Below, in pieces: positions 10,256 to 19,558 of a stretch of DNA of 64,000 nt. Location of the stretch: contig CAVSHB010000002.1 of the NCBI GenBank assembly GCA_963727775.1, positions 211,599-275,598 of the forward strand, given 5' to 3'. A program made the position numbers and the translations under genes. The notes under the pieces are model-generated. The model saw only the letters and a program-made list of their open reading frames with translations. It ran no database searches and was not told the DNA's origin. Numbering within the stretch: position 1 is the first letter of the stretch; the number at the start of each line of letters is the position of its first letter. The stretch comes from an uncultured Nitrospiraceae bacterium (lineage in GTDB: Bacteria > Nitrospirota > Thermodesulfovibrionia > Thermodesulfovibrionales > SM23-35).

Positions 10256-10330
10256 GCCGGTGTAGCTCAGAGGCAGAGCAGCTGATTCGTAATCAGCAGG
10301 TCGTCGGTTCAACTCCGACCACCGGCTCCA
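10256..10330 (+). tRNA. tRNA-Thr (anticodon CGU), CCA encoded
   Basis: Hand-folded cloverleaf: acceptor GCCGGTG/CACCGGC, D arm GCTC/GAGC, anticodon arm GCTGA-TTCGTAA-TCAGC, T arm GTCGG-TTCAACT-CCGAC, then T-CCA. Confidence 0.93.
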
Positions 10331-10489
10331 ATTTTTCTTTTATAATTCATGCAGTTAGACATAGCCTAAAAATCACGCTGTAAGCCGTTCTAAAATTGTT
10401 CTAAAATTGTTCTAAAATCCAGAGATTCCGCGTCAGCTGCTCCGTGAAAAATAGATTTCAGATTTTCGCGGTTTCCTTATAGGATGAGG

Positions 10490-11647
10490 TTAAAATTTTT
10501 CGGGGCAAAAACGGGACAAAGCCCTACCACAAACCACGGTATCAGTCCCAGTAGGGTGAGTGTATATCTCGTTGGCTTGGTTCGTCTCGTGCCCGGTCAT
10601 GGCACGACGCTTGTCGGCGCTGATGTTGGCATCCTTTAGGAGCGTGTTTGCCAAGTGTCTAATCTCCTTGAATTTAAACTGCGGCACACCGTTCTCGTCC
10701 AGATACCCCGCCTTGTCCAGAGCGTTCCCCCACATGCTACGGAAGTGACTGTAGGGAACCCACCCTTTTGGCGACGCATGGCAAATGAGCCATGGGCTGA
10801 GTTCACGCCGATTTATTTTAAGATGTTCCAGGAAAGCCATAAAAGTAGGGTTCTCTGAATAGTCGATGACGATCGGTTTATCGGTTTTCTGACGTAAGAA
10901 TGATACGCGCTGCTTCTTCATATCAAAATCTGTCCATTTAAGGCTCTTCACTTCGTTCTCATGCTGGACGAGATGGAAGGCCAGCATGATTGCTCTCTTC
11001 AGCATCGGAGCGGCAAAAGGATAAATTTTTTTAAACAGGACTTCCTCTTCAAGCCTCAAGTTGTGTTTCTTCTCTTTGAACTTTTTTATTCCATCCGCTG
11101 GGTTGATATTTATATAGCCTTCATCTTTAGCAAACTGCAATATTACATGTAAGAGGGCAAGCCTCCTGTTTGCCTCATATGGTGTTTTTTTCAAAGATCG
11201 ATGGTACCTGATGATTTCTTGCCTGCTGATTTTAGAGGTAGGTTTATTGTTGAATTTCTTTTTAAGTTCTCCAGACATGCGTAGATAATTTCTGTTGGTG
11301 CTATCAGCAAGTGTCTTGGCGTCCTCATCGGCAGTCGCTTCGGTATCATTCTGAACTTCATCTTTAAAATACTGTTCTACGAGTGCGGAAAAGGCTATTG
11401 TCCTCTTATTGGTTCTTTCAATCTTTGAGATATCAAATCCCAATTCTTGGTTCAGATGGGCCTCTATCTCGGCCCATCTCCGCAAAGCTACACTCTCATC
11501 TTGCGTCCTTAGCGCGAACCATTTCGGTGGGCAGGCTTCTTCCACGACCCGGACGTAGTAAAACCAACCTTTTTTTAATATAAGGTGTCTCGGGTAATGC
11601 TTATTAAATTTCCTTTTCCTTCCCATCCTTAAAGAATTATATTTCAT
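10490..11647 (-). CDS. Tyrosine-type site-specific integrase (phage integrase family)
   Basis: 385 aa. C-terminal catalytic block FKEIRHLANTLL...AMTGHETNQANEIYTHP contains R...HxxR...H...Y. It lies 160 bp from the tRNA-Thr 3' end, the classical island arrangement. Confidence 0.88.
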   Translation of the reverse strand: MKYNSLRMGRKRKFNKHYPRHLILKKGWFYYVRVVEEACPPKWFALRTQDESVALRRWAEIEAHLNQELGFDISKIERTNKRTIAFSALVEQYFKDEVQNDTEATADEDAKTLADSTNRNYLRMSGELKKKFNNKPTSKISRQEIIRYHRSLKKTPYEANRRLALLHVILQFAKDEGYININPADGIKKFKEKKHNLRLEEEVLFKKIYPFAAPMLKRAIMLAFHLVQHENEVKSLKWTDFDMKKQRVSFLRQKTDKPIVIDYSENPTFMAFLEHLKINRRELSPWLICHASPKGWVPYSHFRSMWGNALDKAGYLDENGVPQFKFKEIRHLANTLLKDANISADKRRAMTGHETNQANEIYTHPTGTDTVVCGRALSRFCPEKF

Positions 11648-11894
11648 CCTGGTCTCCGTTTGCCAATTTTTTTATGTTATCGATAATATTCTGTGCTACG
11701 TTATCATCGCTGGATATGGAGACATACCACCGCCCGAAGATCTTCTTGACCCTGCCTGCAAGCGGACCACGATTGTGGAAATAGGCTTCGGTTGCCCAAA
11801 AGTGAATAGTGCTTTTGGGGGTCATCGGGAACTCAATCCCGCAATATTTCTGTAATGGTATTGTTGCCAAAGTTTTAGTGGTGGATTCCTTCAT
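11637..11894 (-). CDS. Putative excisionase/AlpA-like small DNA-binding protein
   Basis: 85 aa, overlapping the integrase start by 11 nt. STIHFWATEAYF...GPLAGRVKKIFGRWYVSI resembles the excisionase-family HTH with its G-R-W-Y/R motif. Confidence 0.4.
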   Translation of the reverse strand: MKESTTKTLATIPLQKYCGIEFPMTPKSTIHFWATEAYFHNRGPLAGRVKKIFGRWYVSISSDDNVAQNIIDNIKKLANGDQDEI

Positions 11895-12693
11895 TTTTGA
11901 ATTTGTTAAATTTCTGAGACATCTTACTTGAAAACTCCCATAATTCTTCTATCGTATTTATTGCCTCTTTTTTTTGTTTGTCACTGAGTTCATCGAACAA
12001 ATCCATCAGCTTATGCCCGATTGGCATAAGCTCTCGTTTAGCAGCCCATCTGAATCTTTTGATGAAACTTTCTATATTGTCGCCTATATTTTTGGATTTC
12101 TTTTGACAAATTTCGTTGTAAATTGCGTTTATGGATGCTCCAGTTTCCAAACGCTTTTTTTGGCCTTCAGAGGCGCTTCTAAAGATGCGATCTGCTCTCG
12201 CAACCGTATCAGATGAAACGCCAGCAATTTTGGAGAGTTCCTTGTTAGTATCGATAGGGTGAATCGCCTTTTCAGAATTCTGACAAAGCGATTTTCCGGG
12301 TGCGGTCTGTCCGTGCCCCTGGTTTTTCTTGGCCTTCTCCCCATAAAGGTGCTTCAACTGAAGAGCTAACTTTATACGTGTTAATGGATCCAAGTTTCGG
12401 CGAGCTACTTGGTTAGTTAATATCCATATTTTCGCATCAGACTTGTTTCTTACCTCTGGCGCCTCCATTAATTCAAAATGCAGTTTATATTGCATGCAAA
12501 TCGCAAATCGATTATGCCCGTCTACCAAGATATTGTCCCCGTCGCTTTCATAATATACGAGAGGCATTTTACAGCCATTTGCTAAAATATCTTTTTCCAG
12601 CCTGTCATATTCGTCTGTAGTCAATTTTGGCAACAAATTCTTCAGCTCTTTGTCGACAGTTATTTCACGCGTTGCGATTGCGGGAATCTTCAT
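11875..12693 (-). CDS. ParB/Srx N-terminal (ParB-like nuclease) domain protein
   Basis: LPKLTTDEYDRLEKDILANGCKMPLVYYESDGDNILVDGHNRFAIC carries the ParB-N DGHxR motif. I prefer the internal ATG at 12693 (MKIPAIATREITV) over the ORF-track start at 12804. Confidence 0.65.
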   Translation of the reverse strand: MKIPAIATREITVDKELKNLLPKLTTDEYDRLEKDILANGCKMPLVYYESDGDNILVDGHNRFAICMQYKLHFELMEAPEVRNKSDAKIWILTNQVARRNLDPLTRIKLALQLKHLYGEKAKKNQGHGQTAPGKSLCQNSEKAIHPIDTNKELSKIAGVSSDTVARADRIFRSASEGQKKRLETGASINAIYNEICQKKSKNIGDNIESFIKRFRWAAKRELMPIGHKLMDLFDELSDKQKKEAINTIEELWEFSSKMSQKFNKFKNEGIHH

Positions 12694-13438
12694 CCAATGC
12701 CTCCTGAATGACCAGTTGAGAGAACAGTGTTTCTTCGCATTTGATAACACTAATGCCATTGCGGATGGTATGTATGGGTATTCCCATTCGCTCAGCCAAA
12801 TCATAATAGATCCTTCTCACAAAACGAGTTAAATTTTCATGTGATAATCCTTTTTCTTTCGCAACGTTCTTGATGCGCACACCTTTTGTGCATATCGCGC
12901 GAAACACGAATAGTTTATTGAAGTCACAAAGGTTTCGAAGATGCAAAAGGTAGGCATTTATTTGGGCAATAAACCACTGAGCAACTTCTTCAGCGTCAGG
13001 ATCGCCTTGATTCAATTCTTTTTCAGTCTGCAGGATATGCGATTCTAAATCGTTTGTATCCGGATACTCTTCGATGCCGTGCTCATGGCCAGAGTTGTCA
13101 ATTCTTGTGACGCCGGCAGGTATCTCTATTTGTACCCAGATTTTTTCTATATTTTCGGTGATTTGAGTCTTATCGGTGTTATTGGTTGTCTTACTCCAAC
13201 CAGAGGCAAGTTGCTCCTTCGCAGAAGCGCTTTTCAGAATACCATAGACATAATTACTAAATGCACTACGCTTCCCTCTTTTGCCAGTGATTGTCTGAAA
13301 ATCTGGATTGAATGTTCCTGAATCAAGTGCGCATAGGAACGCACGATGAAGCACTGACTCCCCTTTGTCTCCCCAAACCCTAATGCAATGCCTTCTGAGG
13401 TGGGCATACTCTTCATCGTCTATCAGGTTGCTTAGCAT
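12665..13438 (-). CDS. Hypothetical protein with sigma-70 region-4-like HTH (possible island/phage sigma-like regulator)
   Basis: 257 aa. The C-terminal RIKNVAKEKGLSHENLTRFVRRIYYDLAERMG looks like a sigma region-4 HTH. The assignment is weak. Confidence 0.35.
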   Translation of the reverse strand: MLSNLIDDEEYAHLRRHCIRVWGDKGESVLHRAFLCALDSGTFNPDFQTITGKRGKRSAFSNYVYGILKSASAKEQLASGWSKTTNNTDKTQITENIEKIWVQIEIPAGVTRIDNSGHEHGIEEYPDTNDLESHILQTEKELNQGDPDAEEVAQWFIAQINAYLLHLRNLCDFNKLFVFRAICTKGVRIKNVAKEKGLSHENLTRFVRRIYYDLAERMGIPIHTIRNGISVIKCEETLFSQLVIQEALDEDSRNRNA

Positions 13439-13460
13439 GGTTTAAGCAGAAATACTTTTA

Positions 13461-13490
13461 TACATTAGTGTATGAATCATAGTATTCATA
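13461..13490. promoter_or_regulatory. Palindromic operator-like sites in the divergent regulatory region
   Basis: TACAttagTGTA (13461-13472) and TATGAATcatagtATTCATA (13471-13490, perfect 7-bp arms). A related ATATGATTCACA lies at 13504-13515, and TTACTTttattttacAAGTAA lies further on. Confidence 0.45.
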
Positions 13491-13570
13491 TAAGGATTAT
13501 AAGATATGATTCACAATAAGTCAACTGTTATTTACTTTTATTTTACAAGTAAAGATACTATAATATATTC

Positions 13571-14179
13571 ATGTATGTGGACATAGATTTTATAAGAAAA
13601 GTGCGGGAACTGCAGAATCTGAGCTTCTCTGACATAGCGCGAATGACAGGCCATACAAAGGCCACAATTGGTCAGATCGAAAAATACAACACTAAAGCGC
13701 TCTCTGAAGAAAATCTAAAAAGGGTTCTTCGCATAATAGGGATAGAGTGCACAAAAAACGAATGCTATTTTGCCCCTCAAGCATATATACAGTTTTTTCT
13801 AGATGAAGTGATACCTCTACTGTCCATTGATTATGAACCCCTTCTCTGGACACTAAACATTCTAATAAGTAAAATGAATTGTCCCAACATATATATTTAT
13901 AAATATGTGGATACAAACCGTATGTGGATCGACCGAGCCGTATTCGGCAATCCCTGCAAAGCTCTCATTCTGTGCGAGCCCACATTAGAAATAAAAATCC
14001 TTTTTAGACGAAAAATATTGAGCGGATATTTGGCAGATATCAGACTCTTTGAACCAGAATTACAACGTATATATGGAGCAGGTATCAGCTATTCCGAAAT
14101 ACAAGGTAACTACAACCTCACTGAAAGAAACATCCCAGTAGAATTGATCAATCAAATTCTGGAGACTCCTCGAAGCTAA
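13571..14179 (+). CDS. XRE-family helix-turn-helix regulator (cI-like position)
   Basis: 202 aa. The N-terminal FIRKVRELQNLSFSDIARMTGHTKATIGQIEKYN is an HTH_3 motif. It is transcribed divergently from 12665-13438. Confidence 0.7.
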   Translation: MYVDIDFIRKVRELQNLSFSDIARMTGHTKATIGQIEKYNTKALSEENLKRVLRIIGIECTKNECYFAPQAYIQFFLDEVIPLLSIDYEPLLWTLNILISKMNCPNIYIYKYVDTNRMWIDRAVFGNPCKALILCEPTLEIKILFRRKILSGYLADIRLFEPELQRIYGAGISYSEIQGNYNLTERNIPVELINQILETPRS

Positions 14180-14453
14180 TTGGAGTAACCGATCTTGAGT
14201 GTTGATCGGCTTCGAAGTTTGACCTGGCATCGGCGCTCATTTTGACCTTCACTGCCTTTAACTATTAGGGCAAATTAACAGTCGGTGATGTCACGCTTAG
14301 GTACCGATGGTGGCCACAATTGAAAGCCGATTCACAAATTATGAGTCTATCGTCCCTCGTTATGCAGCTTTTCAGATAACCAGTAGGTGCAATTGGTACT
14401 GCTCATGAATTTTGTTCAAAACAGAAAAACCTATTCTGTTCACTTTTATTAAA

Positions 14454-14547
14454 GTTCATTATTAATGAACAGTATTATTTGTTGAACAAAAGATAATTCC
14501 AAGGTTGACTTTTGTCCAATTATTTGCTATGTTCATTAATAGTGAAC
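14454..14547 (+). promoter_or_regulatory. Promoter with two GTTCA/TGAAC inverted-repeat operators upstream of the AbiEi-like gene
   Basis: IR1 is GTTCATTA-t-TAATGAAC (14454-14470, perfect 8-bp arms). IR2 is GTTCAttaatagTGAAC (14531-14547). TTGACT (14505-14510), a 17-nt spacer and TATGTT (14528-14533) form a promoter overlapped by IR2. Extra TGAAC half-sites lie nearby. Confidence 0.55.
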
Positions 14548-14580
14548 ATGTAATAATAGTGAACACTGAAGGTTAGAGTC

Positions 14581-15618
14581 ATGGTAAGAGAAGACATAGA
14601 TAATGAAATCATCCAACAAGCAGTAGAGGCACTGAAGAAGAATGTCCCATGGGAAATTGATATACAGACAAGGGAACAAGAGGCGAATCTTGCCTTCAAG
14701 GCAGACTTTGAAGTCCGCATGGTATTGCAGAACGAGGAGATATTGTTCTATGCCGAGGTAAAGGCAAATGTTACAAACGCAGGCAAAGCCTTGGCCCTGA
14801 TGCTAAAACGAGAGACGCCCCATCCGTTTCTTCTGGTTACCAGATACGTCAACCCTCAAATGGCAGAACAGTTAAGACAAGATGGGATAGAGTTCATCGA
14901 TACAGCTGGGAATGCATATATCAATCACCTGCCCACCTATATTTTTATTAAAGGAAACAGACCTATGGAAATCGACCGAACTGTTCGCGTAAGACGAGCT
15001 TTTCAACCGACGGGGCTAAAGATGATTTACGCTTTTTTATGCCATCCCGGGTTGGAGGATAAAGCTTATCGGGAAATTGCAAACATTGCAGATATTGCAC
15101 TTGGCGCTGTCGGATGGGTGACGAGAGACCTGAGAGATCTTGGATATATGATTGATATGGGTAAAAAAGGTAAGAAAATAATTAAGAAGGAAGAGCTATT
15201 GAAACGGTGGGTGATTGAATATGCAGAAAAAATGAGACCCAAGCTCTTTCTGGGGCGATTCAGAGGGCATGAAGGTTGGTGGCAACAAAAAACCTTGGAC
15301 CCAAATGTTGCACAATGGGGGGGAGAAGTGGCTGCTGCCAGAATGACCCAATACTTGAAGCCAGAAATCGTGACTGTTTATACCATAAAGGAGAATTTGG
15401 AACGATTCCTTATTGAAAACAGGCTCACGAAAGACCACAATGGAGATGTGGAAATTCTCGAAAGATTTTGGAAGCCAATACAGAATAACCTCTACGAGGA
15501 TAAAGTTCATCCGATACTTGTTTATGCTGATCTGTTGGCAACAGGCAATCAGAGGAACATGGAAACTGCAAAGGTAATTTATGAGCGAGATATTATTCGA
15601 CTTATCAGGGAAACTTAG
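14581..15618 (+). CDS. Putative type IV TA/abortive-infection antitoxin-regulator (AbiEi-like, long form)
   Basis: 345 aa. The central FQPTGLKMIYAFLCHPGLEDKAYREIANIADIALGAVGWVTRDLRDLGYM looks like a winged HTH. It overlaps the downstream nucleotidyltransferase gene by 38 nt and has paired inverted repeats in its promoter. Family assignment is from memory of AbiEi_3-type proteins. Confidence 0.5.
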   Translation: MVREDIDNEIIQQAVEALKKNVPWEIDIQTREQEANLAFKADFEVRMVLQNEEILFYAEVKANVTNAGKALALMLKRETPHPFLLVTRYVNPQMAEQLRQDGIEFIDTAGNAYINHLPTYIFIKGNRPMEIDRTVRVRRAFQPTGLKMIYAFLCHPGLEDKAYREIANIADIALGAVGWVTRDLRDLGYMIDMGKKGKKIIKKEELLKRWVIEYAEKMRPKLFLGRFRGHEGWWQQKTLDPNVAQWGGEVAAARMTQYLKPEIVTVYTIKENLERFLIENRLTKDHNGDVEILERFWKPIQNNLYEDKVHPILVYADLLATGNQRNMETAKVIYERDIIRLIRET

Positions 15619-16444
15619 TCCCCCTATTATCGATGCCGTCTATAATTTGAAGAAAGTAGCTGATTCTTTGAATATCCCATTGATCATTGTTGGGGCAACA
15701 GCGAGGGATATAATATTCGAACATCGTTATAAAATAAAATCTTCCCGCGCGACAAAAGACATAGATTTGGGGATAGAAGTCGCTGATTGGGATCAGTTCC
15801 ACATGTTCTCAAAAGCTCTTCTTGAAACAGGGAAATTCTCCTCAACGGAAGAGAAGCAGCGATTTCAATTCGGAGCTACCATTATTGATATAATTCCTTT
15901 TGGTTCTATAACTGACGAGCATAAAAAAATAAGCTGGCCTCCAGAACATGAGATCATCATGAGTATGCTCGGATTCAAAGAGGCATATGAGTATTGTCTA
16001 TCAGTAAGATTAAACACAGAGCCTGAACTTATTGTGAAACTTTCATCCCTGCCTGGGTTAGCGCTTTTGAAAATTATTTCATGGCAGGACAATTATCCAA
16101 ATCGCAGGAAAGATGCAGAAGATTTGCTGTTTATCATGAAGAAGTATTCACAAGCAGGAAATGAACCGAGGCTTTATGAGGAAGAATTACCACTTCTTCA
16201 AGAAGAAGGCGCCGATCCGATTTTAGCTGGAATTCGATTGCTTGGGAGGGATATGGCAAAGATATCTGATAGAGATACCATGCATACCATTAGTGAAATT
16301 CTGAAAAATGAAACAGGGGAACAGTCCAGATACAGATTAGTCGAAGACATGATAAGCAGTGTCCCATCAAAATATGATTTTGATGAGATCTTGAACGATG
16401 TAGAAAAGTTGAAACAAGGATTTTTTGAAACTGTAACAACGTGA
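15581..16444 (+). CDS. Nucleotidyltransferase-fold protein (AbiEii/AbiGii-like putative toxin)
   Basis: 287 aa. IIVGATARDIIFEHRYKIKSSRATKDIDLGIEV fits the pol-beta NTase G-x-[ST]...[DE]-x-[DE] pattern in the AbiEii style (R-x-T-x-DID). Confidence 0.55.
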   Translation: MSEILFDLSGKLSPPIIDAVYNLKKVADSLNIPLIIVGATARDIIFEHRYKIKSSRATKDIDLGIEVADWDQFHMFSKALLETGKFSSTEEKQRFQFGATIIDIIPFGSITDEHKKISWPPEHEIIMSMLGFKEAYEYCLSVRLNTEPELIVKLSSLPGLALLKIISWQDNYPNRRKDAEDLLFIMKKYSQAGNEPRLYEEELPLLQEEGADPILAGIRLLGRDMAKISDRDTMHTISEILKNETGEQSRYRLVEDMISSVPSKYDFDEILNDVEKLKQGFFETVTT

Positions 16445-16689
16445 CAAGAAACTGCTCACGTTGTCCATAAAACAACTCTCTTGTAGATGAGGAAGCTTAG
16501 GCAGAATCTGTCCTTGGCGCATAGTTACCCGGGAGCGTCCACACTTCTCCATCATTTCGTCACTAAAGGCATATTCATCGTCCTCAAGTGAAGTGGCGTT
16601 CTTCAAATGTTTGTCTTCGGGTACTAACATTCATGCCACTCTTCCAATCAAGAATAATTATCCTATCACTGAATCACCCTTGAGCTTAA

Positions 16690-18310
16690 CCCGAAAAGTG
16701 CAATTGGAAAAGACATGCCTATAGATCCAAGCCTATCAAGGCATTCTCGGAATTAGCGTTAGCAAAGCTAATCTTTACACTGTTTTTTGACATACCTCCT
16801 TTTGAAGTTTATTGTCATCATCCAACTGCAGTGCAATTATCAAGACCTGGCGGAAAGTATTGTCTTATGCGGTTAAAGAGGTATAACAGTTTTGATCGTA
16901 CTTTCTGTGTAAAGACGGAGATCCGCAATACCAGCCTTCTGCCATCTCCTCCCAATTGGGCGGGGAGGACAAAATACTTATACCGCAAGGTCTTCAGGCG
17001 TTCTATCTTTTCTTTCTGCCCCAGTATCTGATGTCGAAACAGGACAAACAGATTGTAGATGAATACCCGAATAAGCATTGCCGCCTCTGTTGAATAGAAA
17101 TACTTCATCGAGAACCCTCCAAGCGCAAAATCCTCTTTCAGTTCCTTGATGGTATTCTCATCGTTCGCCCTCGGCCTGCACTGCTTCCATACCTCATATG
17201 CGGGATCATGTGAATTGGTTATCCATACGCTGTAACGATAATTCCCTGTATCAAACTCATCTCTAAAAAGAGATAACTCCTTCCCCATCGCATGCGGCCT
17301 CTTCTTTATATCCTGCCGGACTGCAATGAATCTCCTGTCGGTTATCCAATCGACATGCTGGAAAAAGAACTCCGTGATCCATATCCCCTCTTCTATCCGC
17401 TTCCAGTTTTGTTGTGCATAAACCATCCTCTGCAAAGGACGGTATAGGCGAGCGGCTATGATATAGATTAATTTTCTCTTCTCAAGCAGTTCGATGAACT
17501 CCCTAAGATAAAATCCACTGTCTGCAATAATGCCCTTGATATCGATATGACCGTTGATCCTCTGCCATGTGGATTCAAAAAATCCAATAATGTTGTTCCA
17601 TGACATCACGTTGCCGGGGCGGTTCCAAAGATTTATCACATACTTGTTTCTGTTAAGAAATGCCAGAAGCGGGCTGTGGCTACCACGGCCCTTCTTCTTC
17701 GGGTTATATCCCCTCTTGACTCCCTCCTGTTTTCCGTATCGCTCAAGGACTGTAGAATCGAACGTCAACCAGTCCTCTTTGAGCTCTTTCCAGGGGATCA
17801 ATCTCTTCAAGTATCCCCATAATCCCTCCGACATCTCTTCCACTTCCTTCAGTTTTCTGATCTTCCTGAAAAGCCTGCCCAATGTCGTCGAGGCGATAGG
17901 AAGCCTCTTCACTGCAAAAAGATCGGTGAAAATCTCCTGCCAACCAAGATAAAGTAGATGAGAAAACCTGCTGCCTCCCGCATAGATCAGAAGGATGTAT
18001 GCCAATACCTTGCTGTATATCCCCATTCCATTGGGTGAACTCTCATGGATCGGAATCACCTCTTGCAAAATTCCTCTCAATTTGATCTTTTCAAAAAATG
18101 CAGCCAATAAACTGAATCCCCCATATGCCGTCATCTTCTTCTCCGTAAATCCAATCCTTACTTTATTTATTTCGATCTTTGTGCTACATTTTGACTGCAT
18201 ATTTCTATTCTCCTTTCGTTTAGAGTTGATGGTCGCTTAAACCTATTGATTCTAATACGAAAGGAGAATTTCTTCGGGGATATTATTTTAGGTCAACTGC
18301 ACTTTTTGGG
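16690..18310 (-). mobile_element. IS1380-family insertion sequence, copy 1
   Basis: The left end is CCCGAAAAGTGCAATTGG. The reverse complement of the right end is CCCAAAAAGTGCAGTTGA. TTAA flanks lie at 16686-16689 and 18311-18314. The element contains a 460-aa transposase gene. Confidence 0.85.
16818..18200 (-). CDS. IS1380-family DDE transposase
   Basis: 460 aa with MTAYGGFSLLAAFFEKIKL, FDSTVLERYGKQEGVKRGYNPKKKGRGSHSPLL and IIADSGFY. The first 241 aa are identical to the ORF at 61929-63311. Confidence 0.88.
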   Translation of the reverse strand: MQSKCSTKIEINKVRIGFTEKKMTAYGGFSLLAAFFEKIKLRGILQEVIPIHESSPNGMGIYSKVLAYILLIYAGGSRFSHLLYLGWQEIFTDLFAVKRLPIASTTLGRLFRKIRKLKEVEEMSEGLWGYLKRLIPWKELKEDWLTFDSTVLERYGKQEGVKRGYNPKKKGRGSHSPLLAFLNRNKYVINLWNRPGNVMSWNNIIGFFESTWQRINGHIDIKGIIADSGFYLREFIELLEKRKLIYIIAARLYRPLQRMVYAQQNWKRIEEGIWITEFFFQHVDWITDRRFIAVRQDIKKRPHAMGKELSLFRDEFDTGNYRYSVWITNSHDPAYEVWKQCRPRANDENTIKELKEDFALGGFSMKYFYSTEAAMLIRVFIYNLFVLFRHQILGQKEKIERLKTLRYKYFVLPAQLGGDGRRLVLRISVFTQKVRSKLLYLFNRIRQYFPPGLDNCTAVG

Positions 18311-18448
18311 TTAATGTGGGTTAGACGAATTGTTATCACACAATTGACCTCCCAATAATGACTGCTCAGCACTCATGACATGGGGAAGTAGAGGCTCAGC
18401 CGAAAGAAAATACTCAAAAAGATATAGCAGAACTGATAAAATAAGGCT

Positions 18449-18760
18449 ATGAAACAGGCAGTGAAAAATGTCGAAGAAGTCAAGGCAATACTTTCAGCTC
18501 ACAAAGACGAAGTTACCCGAAAGTATCGCGTGACCGAGATAGGTATTTTCGGTTCTTTTGCTCGCGGCGAACAGAGACACAGAAGCGATATCGATATCCT
18601 TGTAGAATTTGAGCAGAGGAATATCCCAGGACTCCTAAAGTTGATTGAGTTGGAGAGATATCTCGAGAAGATCCTTAGAAAAAGGGTGGACCTCGTGAGA
18701 AAGGGCGGCATACGGCCTGAACTCAGGAAAAGCATTCTTAGAGAGGTTGTTTACATATGA
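18449..18760 (+). CDS. mntA: Minimal nucleotidyltransferase antitoxin (MntA-type)
   Basis: 103 aa. GIFGSFARGEQRHRSDIDILVEF is the canonical MNT GSxxRG...DxD motif. A 4-nt ATGA overlap joins it to the downstream HEPN gene. Confidence 0.88.
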   Translation: MKQAVKNVEEVKAILSAHKDEVTRKYRVTEIGIFGSFARGEQRHRSDIDILVEFEQRNIPGLLKLIELERYLEKILRKRVDLVRKGGIRPELRKSILREVVYI

Positions 18761-19125
18761 TGAGAGAGTGGAAGCTCTTTATACAGGATATATATCAGGC
18801 GATACAGCACATAAAAGAGTTTGTCGGCACAATGAAGCGCAGGGAGTTTCTTGCCGATGAGAAGACCAGAAGCGCCGTCGCCTTCAAGATTGAGAATATC
18901 GGGGAAGCATCAAAGAATGTACCCAAGGAGATAAGGGCAAAATACAAGGAACTTCCGTGGACCAACATGGCGAGGATGAGAGATAAGATTACGCATTTTT
19001 ATTTCGGCATCGATTACAAAGTCGTCTGGTCTGTAGTCAAGAAAGAGTTGCCCGCTATAGAACCTGCTCTTACGAAAGTCCTGAGCGACCTGAAAGTTTC
19101 TGCGCCCAAGAAGAAGAAATCATAA
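18757..19125 (+). CDS. hepT: HEPN/DUF86 toxin (HepT-type)
   Basis: 122 aa. RMRDKITHFYFGIDYKVVW contains the R-x4-H HEPN motif of DUF86 proteins. Confidence 0.85.
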   Translation: MMREWKLFIQDIYQAIQHIKEFVGTMKRREFLADEKTRSAVAFKIENIGEASKNVPKEIRAKYKELPWTNMARMRDKITHFYFGIDYKVVWSVVKKELPAIEPALTKVLSDLKVSAPKKKKS

Positions 19126-19558
19126 ATGGATCTTTATACCCTCAGCCTGGAAAGAGAGGTTAAGTAATAACAGCTGCTATTATCATCGCAGGTGTGTTCT
19201 TCATCCTCAGCTTAGTCGTTTTAGCCCTGGACAAGAAGGCCGGGAAGAAGCGCAACTGCGGACACTAGTTTGTAATTCCTGTCTGTTTCCCACAGAGCCA
19301 AATATCGCCGTTTTAATTTCCTATTTCCATCATTGTGTTATTGCCCTAACCGGTTCTTTCTTTTTCCAATGTTGCGGAGAGCAGACAATACCTGGAGGCA
19401 CACTTGATAGCACAGGTGGATTGAGGGATCTTCAGTAGCGGACACGAAATCCGGTGATAGAGTTCAACGTCTATTTCTTGGTTCCCAAGAAGAATGTCTC
19501 GTTCCTACTATTATTCGTCCATTAAACAACTCTTTTATGAACAGAAGGGACGCTCACA

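Noticed and set aside
16367-16630. 87-aa minus-strand ORF between the NTase gene and IS1380 copy 1.
   Set aside because: Its 3' third overlaps the end of the NTase gene, and I recognise no family motif or convincing RBS. It could be a fragment of a gene disrupted by the IS, but I cannot support a call. A nearby CAATTGT-n6-ACAATTG palindrome (18331-18350) was noted only.
19130-19270. Possible tiny TM peptide (...TAAIIIAGVFFILSLVVLALDKKAGKKRNCGH*) after hepT.
   Set aside because: There is no ATG/GTG/TTG start in frame after the preceding stop.
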